In this document: positions 1 to 10,600 of the stretch, in pieces | How positions within the stretch are numbered: position 1 is the stretch's first letter | Layout of the letters: each line of letters opens with the position of its first letter | Assembly: GCA_965203905.1 (NCBI GenBank) | Contig: CBDBDQ010000005.1 | Coordinates: 3,456,001-3,520,000, forward strand | DNA: 64,000 nucleotides | Reading direction: 5' to 3' | Origin: Spirochaetia bacterium | GTDB taxonomy: Bacteria > Spirochaetota > Spirochaetia > SZUA-6 > Bin103 | Notes under the pieces: generated by a model | Database searches by the model: none | The model's input: the letters and a program-made list of their open reading frames with translations, nothing else | Told to the model about the DNA's origin: nothing | Translations under genes and position numbers: made by a program

Positions 1-324
1 TGGGGTGAGCACCAGCGGCAGGTTGGGAGGCGCTGACTTGGGCCGCAGCAGGTAGCACGGCAGCGGCACGGTCGGCTCGGTGCGGATGCGCCACGACTCG
101 CGGACGTAGGAGCCCAGGTCGATGCTGTCCAGCAGTTCCGCGTCGGGCACGAAGCCGGCAAGATCGCGCTCCATCGTCGCCAGACCGAGGGTTTCCCGCA
201 GGCGGGCGCGGAACGGCGGCTGCCATGTCGGCACGCCGCCGGCGGTGGCGCGGTGGAAGGCAAACTCCGCCGGGCAGGACTCCTGCAAGCTTGCGAAGTG
301 GCCGCGAAAGTCAAAGTCCTTCAT
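1..324 (-). CDS. Alpha/beta hydrolase (dienelactone hydrolase/acetylxylan esterase-like), N-terminal part; runs off the window edge
   Basis: Manual translation from ATG at 324: MKDFDFRGHF...DLGSYVRESWRIRTEPTVPLPCYLLRPK...PLVLTP; near-identical to the hydrolase segment at ~3300-3410. Confidence 0.75.
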   Translation of the reverse strand, partial: MKDFDFRGHFASLQESCPAEFAFHRATAGGVPTWQPPFRARLRETLGLATMERDLAGFVPDAELLDSIDLGSYVRESWRIRTEPTVPLPCYLLRPKSAPPNLPLVLTP

Positions 325-490
325 GCCGTGTCTACTGGTCTATGGGGCCGGCGCCGCAATGGTTATGATGCGTCCAGTTGGTTCCCGACCGGCGTCGACT
401 TGTACACCAGCACGGCCGTTTGATCTCCGCTTCTCACGCCATAAGCAGCACCCGGATCGAGCCGGGGCAGACGACCTTGGCACGCACACG

Positions 491-916
491 CTACGGAATG
501 AGGGTTGCCATGATCCGCTGCAGGATCGGGATCAGCACGGCCGCAGCTCCCATCACCACCAGAATCCACCTTGTCTGAATGGTGATCTCCTTGCGGACGT
601 CGGCGATCTCCTTGCCGAGATCCTTGCGGACATCGGCGATCTCCTTGCCGAGATCCTTGCGGACGTCGGCGATCTCCTTGCCGAGTTCCGTGCGGACGTC
701 GGCGATCTCCTTGCCGAGTTCCGTGCGGGTCCGGTGATCGGAATCGGCCACGTGGCGGAGGAACCGCTCCTCCAGAAGCTGGAACAGATGCTCCTTCTGT
801 ACTTCCCGTCGTTCTTCCTGCTCCTCCTCCAACTGACGCAGCATTTCCACCAGCGACGCAGTCGCGTCGTCGCCCAAGCGGACCTGCAACGGGCGTGGTA
901 CCGACACTACAGCCAT
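491..916 (-). CDS. DUF1640/CCDC90-like (Bdr-like) coiled-coil protein with C-terminal transmembrane anchor
   Basis: 141 aa; 11-residue repeats KEIADVR(T/K)(E/D)LG; hydrophobic C-terminus WILVVMGAAAVLIPIL; TATCTT 7 nt before ATG. Confidence 0.7.
   Translation of the reverse strand: MAVVSVPRPLQVRLGDDATASLVEMLRQLEEEQEERREVQKEHLFQLLEERFLRHVADSDHRTRTELGKEIADVRTELGKEIADVRKDLGKEIADVRKDLGKEIADVRKEITIQTRWILVVMGAAAVLIPILQRIMATLIP
588..727. repeat. 33-bp tandem repeat, about 4 copies, inside the coiled-coil gene
   Basis: Unit tccttgcggacgtcggcgatctccttgccgaga with variant tccgtgcggacgtcggcgatctccttgccgagt. Confidence 0.9.
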
Positions 917-1137
917 GAGGTGAAAGATACCTTACAACGAGCGCCGCGTACGGGTCGACAGGTCATGCCCGCGCAGCCCGCGCATCGACCGGCGGTGGCA
1001 TCGCGCCGCAGGGAATCCGGCGAACCCTACGTGCAGGCATGGCGCGAGATGCGAGTTTACAGCAGCGCAGGGATCGGCGGCGGCGCCCGCCCGGGGACCA
1101 GCCGCACGCTGCTTGAGGCATCGCGCCGATGCAGGTT

Positions 1138-1805
1138 CACTGCGCGTAGGGGTCGGCGGCGTCGCGGAGGCCGTCACCGACGAAGTTGAACGCCAGCACG
1201 GTTACCACGATCGCCACCCGGGCAGGAACAGCTACGGCGCCAGCGCCACGGCGCGGATGTTCTGCACCCCGGTCAGCAGCACGCCCCAGCTAATCACCGG
1301 CTCGCGCAGCCCCAGGCCCAGGAAGCTGAGACTGGTCTCGGCCAGGATCATCTCCGGCACGCGCAGCGTGAGCACGGCGATCAGGTGGCTGCTGAACGAC
1401 GGCACCATGTGCCGGATGATGATGCGCATCTCGCTGGCGCCCAGGTACTTGGCGGCCTGCGTGAAGTCCTCCTCGCGCAGCGCCAGGACCTTGCCACGCA
1501 CGGTGCGCGCCAGCCCGGTCCAGCCCAGCACCGACAGGATGATGGTGATGCCGAAGTACACTTCCACCGTGCCCCAGTCGCGCGGCAGGGCGGCCGACAG
1601 GGTGAGCCACAGCGGGATGCGCGGGATCGCCTGCAGCAGCTCGATGGCACGCTGGATCACCAGGTCGATGGTGCCGCCGAAGTAGCCGGAGATGCCGCCG
1701 AGCAGGATGCCGAGCACCAGGCTCACGATCACCCCCACGAACCCGATCGACAGTGACAGCCGCGCCCCGTACACGGTGCGCGAGAACAGGTCGCCCCCCT
1801 GATCA
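1138..1805 (-). pseudogene. OppC/DppC-type ABC permease relic (5' end missing, premature stop and frameshift near 3' end)
   Basis: DQGGDLFSRTVYGARLSLSIG...EEDFTQAAKYLGAS; TAG after RAVALAP, then out-of-frame [16 protein letters not shown]; paralogue of 45035-46165. Confidence 0.85.
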
Positions 1806-1808
1806 TCG

Positions 1809-1910
1809 CCGCCGCCGCACCCGCATGCCTGGGACCTGGCCACACTTCTGCTCGACGCGGGCGCCGATCCGAACGACGCCCAGGGGCTGTACAACACCAT
1901 CTTCCGGCCG
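1809..1910 (+). pseudogene. Ankyrin-repeat protein fragment
   Basis: Manual translation PPPHPHAWDLATLLLDAGADPNDAQGLYNTIFRP; LLxAGADPN is the ankyrin signature; no start or full ORF. Confidence 0.6.
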
Positions 1911-2121
1911 ACAGCCGCTGGCTCAAGCTTCGTGGGGCTGGCCTACGCTCGCCGGTGGTGAGCTGGGGCCGCTGCTTAAGGTGGCCCACTCCGTCGTCTG
2001 GATGCACCCCTCCCGCTGCCGGTGTCCTCGTCGCCCCCGAGCGGTCGTCTCTCGGTGGCTCATTCTACCCTCCGATCGTCAAGCGCCGCACAACAAGCCT
2101 GGACTGCAATCGCGTTCTGAG

Positions 2122-2175
2122 ATACGTCATGTGCTCACGCACGCTGAGTACGACAAAGGCACCTGGAGGGATTAG
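2122..2175 (+). pseudogene. higB: HigB toxin C-terminal remnant
   Basis: IRHVLTHAEYDKGTWRD* matches the typical HigB C-terminus and lies directly upstream of higA; rest of gene absent. Confidence 0.65.
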
Positions 2176-2179
2176 CCGG

Positions 2180-2581
2180 ATGATAGCCGAGTTGGAACGA
2201 TTGTCCGTGGCGTGGACGCAGATGAGCGAAGTCTTGTCTGTGCGCCACACCGAAGCCGAATACCTTCGGATCAGCGGCCTCCTGGATCTTGTGGTCGACG
2301 AAGTAGGGGAGCATGACTCGCATCCGCTGGCCTCATTGATGGAGACGTTAGGCGCCCTGGTCGATGCCTACGAGCGGGAGCACGTCTTGGAGCTCCCTGG
2401 CAGTCCCGTTGCTGTCCTGCGATTCTTGATGGATGAACACGGGTTGACCCAATCCGATCTGCCGGAACTCGGCAGTCAGGGGGTAGTCTCGGAGATCCTC
2501 CGTGGGAGGCGGCAGATCAACGTCCGCCAGGTGCGAGCGCTCAGCGCGAGGTTCGGCGTCTCCCCGGCGGCGTTCATATAG
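2180..2581 (+). CDS. higA: HigA-family HTH antitoxin
   Basis: HPLASLMETLGALVDAYE...LRFLMDEHGLTQSDLPELGSQGVVSEILRGRRQINVRQVRALSARFGVSPAAFI; probable start ATG 2180. Confidence 0.85.
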   Translation: MIAELERLSVAWTQMSEVLSVRHTEAEYLRISGLLDLVVDEVGEHDSHPLASLMETLGALVDAYEREHVLELPGSPVAVLRFLMDEHGLTQSDLPELGSQGVVSEILRGRRQINVRQVRALSARFGVSPAAFI

Positions 2582-3590
2582 AGCCGAATGCTTCGGCGAT
2601 GAAGGGCCAGACGCGTTCCTTGTAGTAGCGGTGGCCGCCATCGCCGGCGTACAGTTCGCAGCGGTGCGGAACGCCGGCTGCCCGGTAGATCTTCGCAAGT
2701 TGCTCGTAGGCAGCCCGAGTGTGGGCGACGGGGAAGATCGGGTCGTCGCGGCCGGCGACGGCCAGGAAGGGGCGCGGTGAGATGAGGCCGGCTACGTCGT
2801 GCATCTCGCCGAGGCGCAGGATGCCGGGCACGTAGTTGCAGTCGCAGTGGATGATCGAGCCGATGCTGCCGGCGAAGGTGTTGAAGTAGCAGCCGGGGAC
2901 CGCGACCGAGATACGGGTGTCGCAGGCCGCCGCGAACAGCGACACGGTGCCGCCGCCGGAGTTGCCGGTGATGGCGATCCGGGCCGGGTCCACGCCCTGG
3001 TGCTCGATGGACCAGTCGATGAGGCGCGACATGTCCCACACGCGGTCGCCGATCGGGGTGCGCCCGAGCAGCAGGTCGTGCATCAGTTGCAGCCGGCAGG
3101 AGGACACGGCGTTCTTGTCCTTGTCCGCCGGGGAGCGGGTCTCGCCGAAGGCGCGCGTGGTGGGCGCGATCACCAGGTAGCCCTGCTCCACCGCCTGTAC
3201 CGCGATGTCGCGCTCGCCCTCGCTGATCTGCGCCTCCTCCTCCGGGCTGTCGAACAGGACGACGTAGACGTGCGGATGGCCGTGTCCGTGCGGGGTCAGC
3301 ACCAGCGGCGGGTTGGTCGGCGCTCCCTTGGGCCGCAGCAGGTAGCACGGCAGCGGCACGGTCGGCTCGGTGCGGATGCGCCACGACTCGCGGAAATAGG
3401 AGCCCATGTCGACGCGGTCGAGCATGTCCTGGGTCAGCAGCGCGCCCAGCATCAGCGGCCCGGTGGTGAGCAGGCTCAGCACCACCGACACGATGGCGGC
3501 GCCCGAGATCAGCTCCGGCAGCACCCCGCCGATGCTGCTCACGAACGGGCTGATGGCGATGCGCATCGGGTACTTGGCGATCAGCTTCAT
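2574..3590 (-). pseudogene. Chimeric ORF: OppB-type permease fragment fused in frame to a 5'-truncated alpha/beta hydrolase
   Basis: First ~56 aa (KYPMRIAISPFVSSIG...TTGPLMLGALLTQDM) resemble the C-terminal part of permease 46166-47161; remainder has GNSGGG nucleophile elbow and GGHRY. Confidence 0.7.
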
Positions 3591-3620
3591 CTCGCGCGAC
3601 CGCCACTCGCCAATTGACGG

Positions 3621-5465
3621 TCAGCGCGTTTGCCGGCGTTCCATGACCCGGCGGTGCTGCGCGCTGAGCGTGACCTTGCGCATACGCAGCGACTTTGGCG
3701 TGGCCTCGACCATCTCGTCGTCGCGAATGAATTGCAGCCCGGCCTCCAGTGCGAGCGGCGTTACCGGGGTAAGCGTAACCGCGTCATCCTTGCCGGCGGC
3801 GCGCATGTTGGTGAGCTTCTTGGTCCGGCACATGTTCACGTCCAGGTCGTGGTTACGATTGTGCTCGCCGACGATCATTCCCGCGTAGACCGGATCGCCC
3901 GGGCGAACGAACATCCGGCCGCGCGGCTCCAGGTTGAAGATTGCATACGGCACCGCCTGGCCCGACCGGTCGCACACCAGCGAGCCGGTGGGCCGCGGCG
4001 TGAAGTCGCCCTGGTACGGCTCGTATCCGGCCAGGTACGAGTTCATGATGCCGGTGCCGCGGGTGTCGGTCAGGAACTCGGGACGGTAGCCGATCAGCCC
4101 GCGGGTCGGAATGCGGAACTGGAGCTGCACGCGCCCGGTGGCGTGATTCGACATCCCCAGCAGGTGACCTTTCCTGCGCACCAGCTTCTCGGTAACGATG
4201 CCGGTGCAGGCGTCGCCGCAATCCACGGTGAGATGCTCGATCGGCTCCATGCGCTTGCCGTTCTCCATGCGCAAGATCACCTGCGGCCGGCCCACACACA
4301 GCTCGAACCCCTCGCGGCGCATCGTCTCGATCAGGATCGCGAGCTGGAATTCGCCGCGCCCCTTTACCAGCACGCTGTCGTCGTGCTCGGAGTCCTCCAT
4401 CTCGATTGACACGTTCTGCAGCGTCTCGCGGCGCAGGCGCTCGCGAATCCTGCTCATCTGCACGATGCGGCCCTCCGTGCCCGCCAGGGGAGACGTATTC
4501 TTGGCGAAGCGCATCGACACCGTCGGCTCGTCCACGGTGATGCGCGGCAACGGCAGCGGCGCTTCCGCGGTGCAGATGGTGTCGCCGATGTGGATCTCCT
4601 CGAGTCCCGACAGCACGGCAATGTCGCCCGCCGCCGCCGACTCGGCCCTGACCAGCGTCACCCCCTCGTAAACCTGGATGCGGGTAACGCGCAGCGATTG
4701 CATGGCGCTAGCGCCAATGCGGGTAAGTCGATCGCGCGACGCCACCTGCCCGGAGTAGATCTTGCCCACCGCCAGCCGTCCGAGGTGATCGGCGTACCCC
4801 AGGTCGGAGACCAGCATCCGGAACGGCTGCGTGCGGTCGGCGACCGGCGGCGGGATAGCGCGGACGATGGTGTCTAGCAGCGCGTCCAGGTTCTGCTCCG
4901 GCCCATCGACCGCGCTCCTGGCTATGCCGTCGCGGCCGACAGCGTACAGAATCGGCAGGTCGAGCTGGTCCTCGTGGGCGTCCAGGTCGATGAGCAGCGC
5001 CAGGACCTCGTCCACCACCTCGGCCGGGCGCGCGTCCGGCCGGTCGATCTTGTTGACGACCAGGATCAATTGCAGGCCGAGCTTGAGCGCCTTGCCGAGC
5101 ACGAAGCGGGTCTGCGGCAGTGGCCCCTCGGCCGCATCCACCAGCACGATGGCGCCGTCCACCATCGACAGCGCCCGTTCCACTTCGCCGCCGAAGTCGG
5201 CGTGGCCCGGCGTGTCGATAATGTTGATCTTGGTGTCGCGCCAGCGCACGGCGCAGTTCTTGGCGGTAATGGTGATGCCGCGCTCCCGTTCCAGGTCCAT
5301 GCGGTCCATCACCCGTTCGGCGACCACCTGCCCCTTGCGGAACATGCCGCAGCGGCGGAACAGGGCGTCTACGAGGGTGGTCTTGCCGTGGTCGACATGG
5401 GCGATGATGGCGGCGTTGCGAATGCGGTCGTTGCGAGGGTGGTCGCTGCGTTGGTGATGATCCAT
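3621..5465 (-). CDS. typA: Translational GTPase TypA/BipA
   Basis: AHVDHGKTTLVD, ERGITI, DTPGHADFGGEVER, NKID, GRGEFQLAILIETMRREGFE. Confidence 0.97.
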   Translation of the reverse strand: MDHHQRSDHPRNDRIRNAAIIAHVDHGKTTLVDALFRRCGMFRKGQVVAERVMDRMDLERERGITITAKNCAVRWRDTKINIIDTPGHADFGGEVERALSMVDGAIVLVDAAEGPLPQTRFVLGKALKLGLQLILVVNKIDRPDARPAEVVDEVLALLIDLDAHEDQLDLPILYAVGRDGIARSAVDGPEQNLDALLDTIVRAIPPPVADRTQPFRMLVSDLGYADHLGRLAVGKIYSGQVASRDRLTRIGASAMQSLRVTRIQVYEGVTLVRAESAAAGDIAVLSGLEEIHIGDTICTAEAPLPLPRITVDEPTVSMRFAKNTSPLAGTEGRIVQMSRIRERLRRETLQNVSIEMEDSEHDDSVLVKGRGEFQLAILIETMRREGFELCVGRPQVILRMENGKRMEPIEHLTVDCGDACTGIVTEKLVRRKGHLLGMSNHATGRVQLQFRIPTRGLIGYRPEFLTDTRGTGIMNSYLAGYEPYQGDFTPRPTGSLVCDRSGQAVPYAIFNLEPRGRMFVRPGDPVYAGMIVGEHNRNHDLDVNMCRTKKLTNMRAAGKDDAVTLTPVTPLALEAGLQFIRDDEMVEATPKSLRMRKVTLSAQHRRVMERRQTR

Positions 5466-5543
5466 GCTGGCGGCGCGAAATGTGCTACCGCCGGCACCCT
5501 ACCGCCAAGCGCCGCACCAATCTCAGTCAGTCGTCGAAACGAT

Positions 5544-6755
5544 TCAATCGTCGAGAACGATCCAGTCGGACACCGGGTCCATGCGTCCGGTGGCGGAATT
5601 CCCCCGGTAGATGCGCCCCACCGGGATGGAGTTGTTGCGGAAGGTCACCGGCACGCCGATCAAGCCGCCGGTGTCCCAATCCTCGATCCCGTCGAGAGTG
5701 GCCTTCAGATTGTCGCCGCTCAGCTCCAGCCCCGCGTCCATGGTGCGCCCTATCACCTCGGTCAGGATCATGCCGGAGAACCACGCCTGCAGGGCGTACG
5801 TAGGCACGTATTCCTCCTGCGTGACCTGTGCAATCAACCGCAACGTCGCGGACTCCTCCTGCTCCCAGTAGTAGCGGTAGGGAAACACGCCCATGTAGCG
5901 GTCGGCGAGCGGCCCGAGCTGCCGGATGATCAGCGGCTCCATGGCCCAGAACGTGCCCATGAACATGGCATCGACGCCGGTCTGCGCCGCCTGCGCCATC
6001 ACCTCCGGCCAGACCGTTGCTACATAGCCTTGGAAGATCACGTAGTCGGGCTGCGCCCGGCGCAGCTTGAGCACCTCGGGGGCAACGTTGATGCCGGCCG
6101 GCTCGGTCTCGATCTCGACGACGATCTCGATGCCGAGTTCGGCGGCCCGCTCCCTGGCGTACGGGATCGGGTCGCGGCCGCCCTCCAGGTTGGTGTAGAA
6201 CAGCGCCACGCGCGGCGCCGCGCCATCGGTGCCGCCCTGCTCGGCGATGTACTGGAGCAGGATCCCGAACATCTCGGCGTAGGTGGGGCCGGCCAGGAAC
6301 TGGTAGGGAAACTTCCCCGGATCGGCGAGCGCGGTGGCCAGCGAGGCGCCGCCCATCAGCACCTTGTAGCGCTCGTTGACTTCCGGCGCGGACAGCAGCG
6401 CAAAGTCGGTGGAGTCGCCGTAGAACACCACCACGTCCTCTTCCTCGGCCATGATCCTCTTGAACACGGCCAGCGACTGCTCCGGCCGCGAGCCCGAGTC
6501 ATGGCTGGCCAGCCGCACGGGCCGGCCGTTGATACCGCCGGTGGCATTCAGGTAGCCGATGTAGGCTTGCATGCCGAGACTCGCGATCGCGCCCGCCTGG
6601 GCGTGGATACCGGTCAGCGGTATCGATGCGCCCCACACGATCTCGTGCTCGTCGGCCGCCAGCGGCAACGCCGCTCCGATCAACGCGACGGCCAACACCA
6701 CCGCTGCCAGGTTGCGGCCCATGCCGCGTCCGGGTCCTCTGCTTCCGTTCTTCAT
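5544..6755 (-). CDS. Branched-chain amino acid type (LivJ-like) ABC substrate-binding protein
   Basis: Signal peptide, then WGASIPLTG, INGRPVRLASHDS; start at MKNGS (6755) or MGRNL. Confidence 0.85.
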   Translation of the reverse strand: MKNGSRGPGRGMGRNLAAVVLAVALIGAALPLAADEHEIVWGASIPLTGIHAQAGAIASLGMQAYIGYLNATGGINGRPVRLASHDSGSRPEQSLAVFKRIMAEEEDVVVFYGDSTDFALLSAPEVNERYKVLMGGASLATALADPGKFPYQFLAGPTYAEMFGILLQYIAEQGGTDGAAPRVALFYTNLEGGRDPIPYARERAAELGIEIVVEIETEPAGINVAPEVLKLRRAQPDYVIFQGYVATVWPEVMAQAAQTGVDAMFMGTFWAMEPLIIRQLGPLADRYMGVFPYRYYWEQEESATLRLIAQVTQEEYVPTYALQAWFSGMILTEVIGRTMDAGLELSGDNLKATLDGIEDWDTGGLIGVPVTFRNNSIPVGRIYRGNSATGRMDPVSDWIVLDD

Positions 6756-6808
6756 CCGATTGCTCCTTCGCCGGGTTGTCGGCCGATAATACCGTAGAGG
6801 AGGCAACG

Positions 6809-7438
6809 GTGGGTGTGACCCGGGTAGTGCTGACCGATCTGGATGGCGTGGTGCGCCGCTGGCCGGCCACCCAGTTCTCGTCGGTCGAATACGCGCATGG
6901 GCTGCCGCGAGGCTGCATGGCCCGCGCGGCATTCCACGAGTCGCTCCTGACCGACGCCATTTCCGGGATCGTGACCGACGCCGAGTGGCGCAGGCGAATA
7001 GCGGCCCGGCTCGGAACGCAGTTCGATCCCGCCGCCGCCGCTGCTGCCGTGGCGGCGTGGTCGGAAAGCGTCGGCGAGGTGGAGTCCGCCACTCTGGCCG
7101 TGCTGCAGGCCGCGCGGCCTGCCGTTGCCCTCGGCCTGGTTTCCAACGCCACCACGAGGCTTGCCGATGACCTCTCCCGCCTGGGCATTGCCGACGCATT
7201 CGACTTCATCGTCAACTCGTCGGCCATCGGCTGCGCCAAGCCCTCCGCGTGCTTCTACGAGCACGCCCTGCGCCGTAGCGGCTGTACCCGCGAACAGGTG
7301 TTCTTCGTCGACGACCGCCCCGAAAACGTCGCCGGCGCAGTCGCCTTCGGTTTCCACGGCCACCTCTACCGCGACGCCAAGACCCTGGAGCAGGCCCTCC
7401 GCCACGCCGGCGTCCGAGATCCTGCCTGCCGCAAGTGA
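6809..7438 (+). CDS. HAD-family hydrolase, copy 1
   Basis: GAGGAGG RBS then GTG; DLDGV, SNAT, KP, FVDDRPENV motifs. Confidence 0.85.
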   Translation: MGVTRVVLTDLDGVVRRWPATQFSSVEYAHGLPRGCMARAAFHESLLTDAISGIVTDAEWRRRIAARLGTQFDPAAAAAAVAAWSESVGEVESATLAVLQAARPAVALGLVSNATTRLADDLSRLGIADAFDFIVNSSAIGCAKPSACFYEHALRRSGCTREQVFFVDDRPENVAGAVAFGFHGHLYRDAKTLEQALRHAGVRDPACRK

Positions 7439-7544
7439 CAAGTCCAACCTGAGAGTGCGAGAGTGCGCAGGCTGGCTCGTCCAAAAGCGTATCGCAAGTC
7501 GTCCGAGCTGCTGCTCGCTTTCCGCGCTGGCTGAACACCGGAAT

Positions 7545-7605
7545 TGGCCGGTACGGCCGCTTCCTGGGCTGCTCGAACTTCCCGGATTGCGACGAACGGC
7601 ACAGC
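7545..7605 (+). pseudogene. Topoisomerase-type C4 zinc-finger remnant
   Basis: Manual translation GRYGRFLGCSNFPDCDER. Confidence 0.5.
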
Positions 7606-7613
7606 ACGGCTGC

Positions 7614-10600
7614 TCACCGATCCGGCTCGAACACCAGTTCGGGGACCACCACCTCCCAGGTGTCGCATTTCATGGCGTCGCGGTACTTCGGGTCCGACGC
7701 CTCGCGGCTCCAGCCCACCACGGAGAACACCTCCGCGGACCGGCACCGTGACCCGGACGGCGGCCTGAACGACCCGGCGAGGCGTCCCACGGTTCGGCCG
7801 GCCCGGTCCCGCAACGTCCAACGCCCGTCCGCTCCGACCCGCACGTCCAGGGGATCGCCGATCGACAGTGCTGTAATGGCGCCGTGCAATTGATCGCCGG
7901 CACGGCGCCGCCCGGCGAACCCCAGATCGACCTCCTGAAGGGTCGGCCGGACATGGCGGTACTCCACCGCCTCCGAGCACGGGGGAAGCTCGGCAGCCTC
8001 CCGGAGGATCGTGGCGGGATGGTCAACCAGTTCGGCATGGACGTCCAAAGAGCCGTCGAGCCTCGCCAGCGTCAGCGTGTGCCGCGCCCGCGTCATCGCC
8101 ACGTAGTACAGCCGGCGCGGCGCGCCGGGATCCTCGTCGCGGCCCACGCGGTCCCAGCCGCCGTCCAGGACCGCCACATGATCGAACTCCAGCCCCTTGG
8201 CGCGGTGGGCGGTGAGCAGCAGCAGTCCCCGCTGGCGGCGGCGTGTGTCCCGGCCCCACTCGGCCAGCCACTCGATGAAATGGTCCACCGGTGTTTCTCC
8301 GCCGCCGGTTTCCAGCGCATGTTCCTCCACCGACTGCCGCAGCAGGTCGTGCCAGGGATCGGAGGGCCTCGCGTCGGCCCACGCGCGCAGGGACGCGCCG
8401 TCGACCATCCGCGTTTGACGCCCGCGCAGCCATTCGAGGAACGCCCGAGTTTCCCGCAGGCGCCAGAAACTCGGGATCTCCTCGTTCGCCACCTGTACCG
8501 GGAGGTCATGCGTCTCGCAGAACGCCCGCACCGGAACCAGGTACTCCCACTCGCGCGCGATGACCGCGCACCGCGACCAGTCCCATTCCTGCGCCAGCCC
8601 CGAGAGGCGCAGCAGCTCCGCCATGACGGCCACCGCCTGGACGACCGGATCGCCTCCGGCCGGCAGAATCTGCACCCGCCCGCGCGAAACCGGGTCCAGC
8701 GCCGCCCACTCGCCGCCCGGCGGGTCCTTCTCGCGCGCGCGGTCGACACGGATGGGGTGCCCCGCCTTCATGCGGTTCCGCGCAGGCTCGATCACCGCAT
8801 TGGCCGCCGCCACGATACGGGCCGTCGACCGGTAGTTGGCGGCCAGGTAGGCGGGCTTCGGCCCGTAGTCGGCCTCGAAGCGACGGATGAACTCCACCGA
8901 CGCTCCGTTGAAGGCATAGATGTTCTGGTCGTCGTCGCCGACGGCGAACAGGGTGAGCTTGCCCGCATCGTCTTCCAGCGTCCGGCCGGCCAGCGCCGAT
9001 ATCAGCTCGTACTGCTCCCGACCGACATCCTGGTACTCGTCGACGAGAATCCACCGGAAGCCCGCGAGCAGACGCTCGCGGCGCTCGTCCGCCTCCTCCG
9101 GCGACAGCTCCTCGCCGCGGAGCAGCGCGACGGCACGGCGCATCACGTTCCTGAACGTCGCGTCGTCCGGGCGCTCCGACCGGCCGGTGAAGCTCTGGCC
9201 GGCCAGGCGCATGGCAAGCGCGTGGCAGGTGAGCACCGTCACGCCGCGCGCGTCGTCGCCGATCATCTCCGTCAGCCGGCGGCGGACATCGACGGCCGCG
9301 TGACGGTTGTAGGCCAGCGCGAGGATGCCCCGGGCGTTCTCCCGTCTGACACGGATCAGCCAGGCGATGCGGTGCACCAGCACGCGCGTCTTGCCCGAAC
9401 CGGGGCCTGCGAGGACCAGCACGTTGGTCCGTTCCCGCTCGTCCGCCACGATGCGCTGCTGGACCGGGTTCCCCAGGCTCTCGACGATGGCGCGCCAGGA
9501 CGCGGGCGTCGTCTGCCGGCCGATCTCCCGGTCGCGACCAGGCAGCCAGCGGGCGAGGAACTCCTCCTCCGTGAGTGCGAAGTAGTCCATCGCCAGACGC
9601 AGCGCCTCGCTCATGGCCGCGAGGCCGCGCTCGGCGAACTCCACCATGACGTGGATCTGCAGCACCTGCCCCTGGTAGTGAAGCGCCAGGGGCTCGAAGT
9701 CCGCCCTGGAGAAGCCGCGCCGGTCCCGCCGCTCCAGCCGGATCTTCATGGCAGGGCGGAACACCGCCAGCCCCTTGTTGAGGCGGATCACCTCCAGCTC
9801 GTGCAGCCAGAGCAGGGCCCGGTCCAGCAGTTTGGCCGGGTTCCTCACCGTGCTCTTGAGCACCAGGTCGGACTCGATCGCCTGCAGGAGTTTTCCGAGC
9901 GTGGTCTCGGCCAGGAGATCGGTGCCACGGATCCCGCTCGGCAGGCAGTCGAGCAGATGTTCGAGCAGGCGGCCGGCCGCCTCGCGGCGTAGTTCGGCGG
10001 TCTTCTTCAGTGCGCCCCACTCGCGCCTCAGCGTGATCCACGCGGTCTCCGCGTCCCGCTTGCGGACCGAGAGGCTGCCCGCGGCGCCGTCTTCCTCGCC
10101 GCGCCCGTCGAAGGCGATGCCCCGAACGATGCGGAACAACCGCTCCGGCAGCGGATCGGCCAGACCCTGGTCTCGCAACACCTGGGCGGCGACACGCAGA
10201 TGGAGTGACGAGCTGTCTCCCTTTCCGAGGTCGGGCGCGGCCTCCTGCATGTGGTCGATGAGAGCGGTCTCCAATGCAGCCGCCTCCCGGAGGCGTTTCC
10301 GCGACGAGCGGTCCACGCCGGTGTGGAGGAACGCGGTCAGCGCCGTGTCGTTGCTGGCGATGCCGAACCGCTCCAGGTCGTACAGGGCGCCGCGCACGCG
10401 TTCCGGACTCAGGCCCGAAATTTCCATCAGCTCGTCCGTGCTCACCCCCTCGTCGGCGTCCGCGCCGATCAGAGCTTCCGCGACCAGCAGGAGCTGCCTG
10501 CGATACGCAGCCGCGATCGTTGCGTTGGCGAGCCGCCGTTCGGCCTCGTCGACCGTGCTCACCCGGAGCGAGGAGGGGAACACCTGCACGACGTTCTCCT

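Noticed and set aside
588-727. 33-bp repeats as a possible CRISPR or guide array
   Set aside because: Units are contiguous with no unique spacers, lie in frame in a coding gene, and no cas genes are nearby
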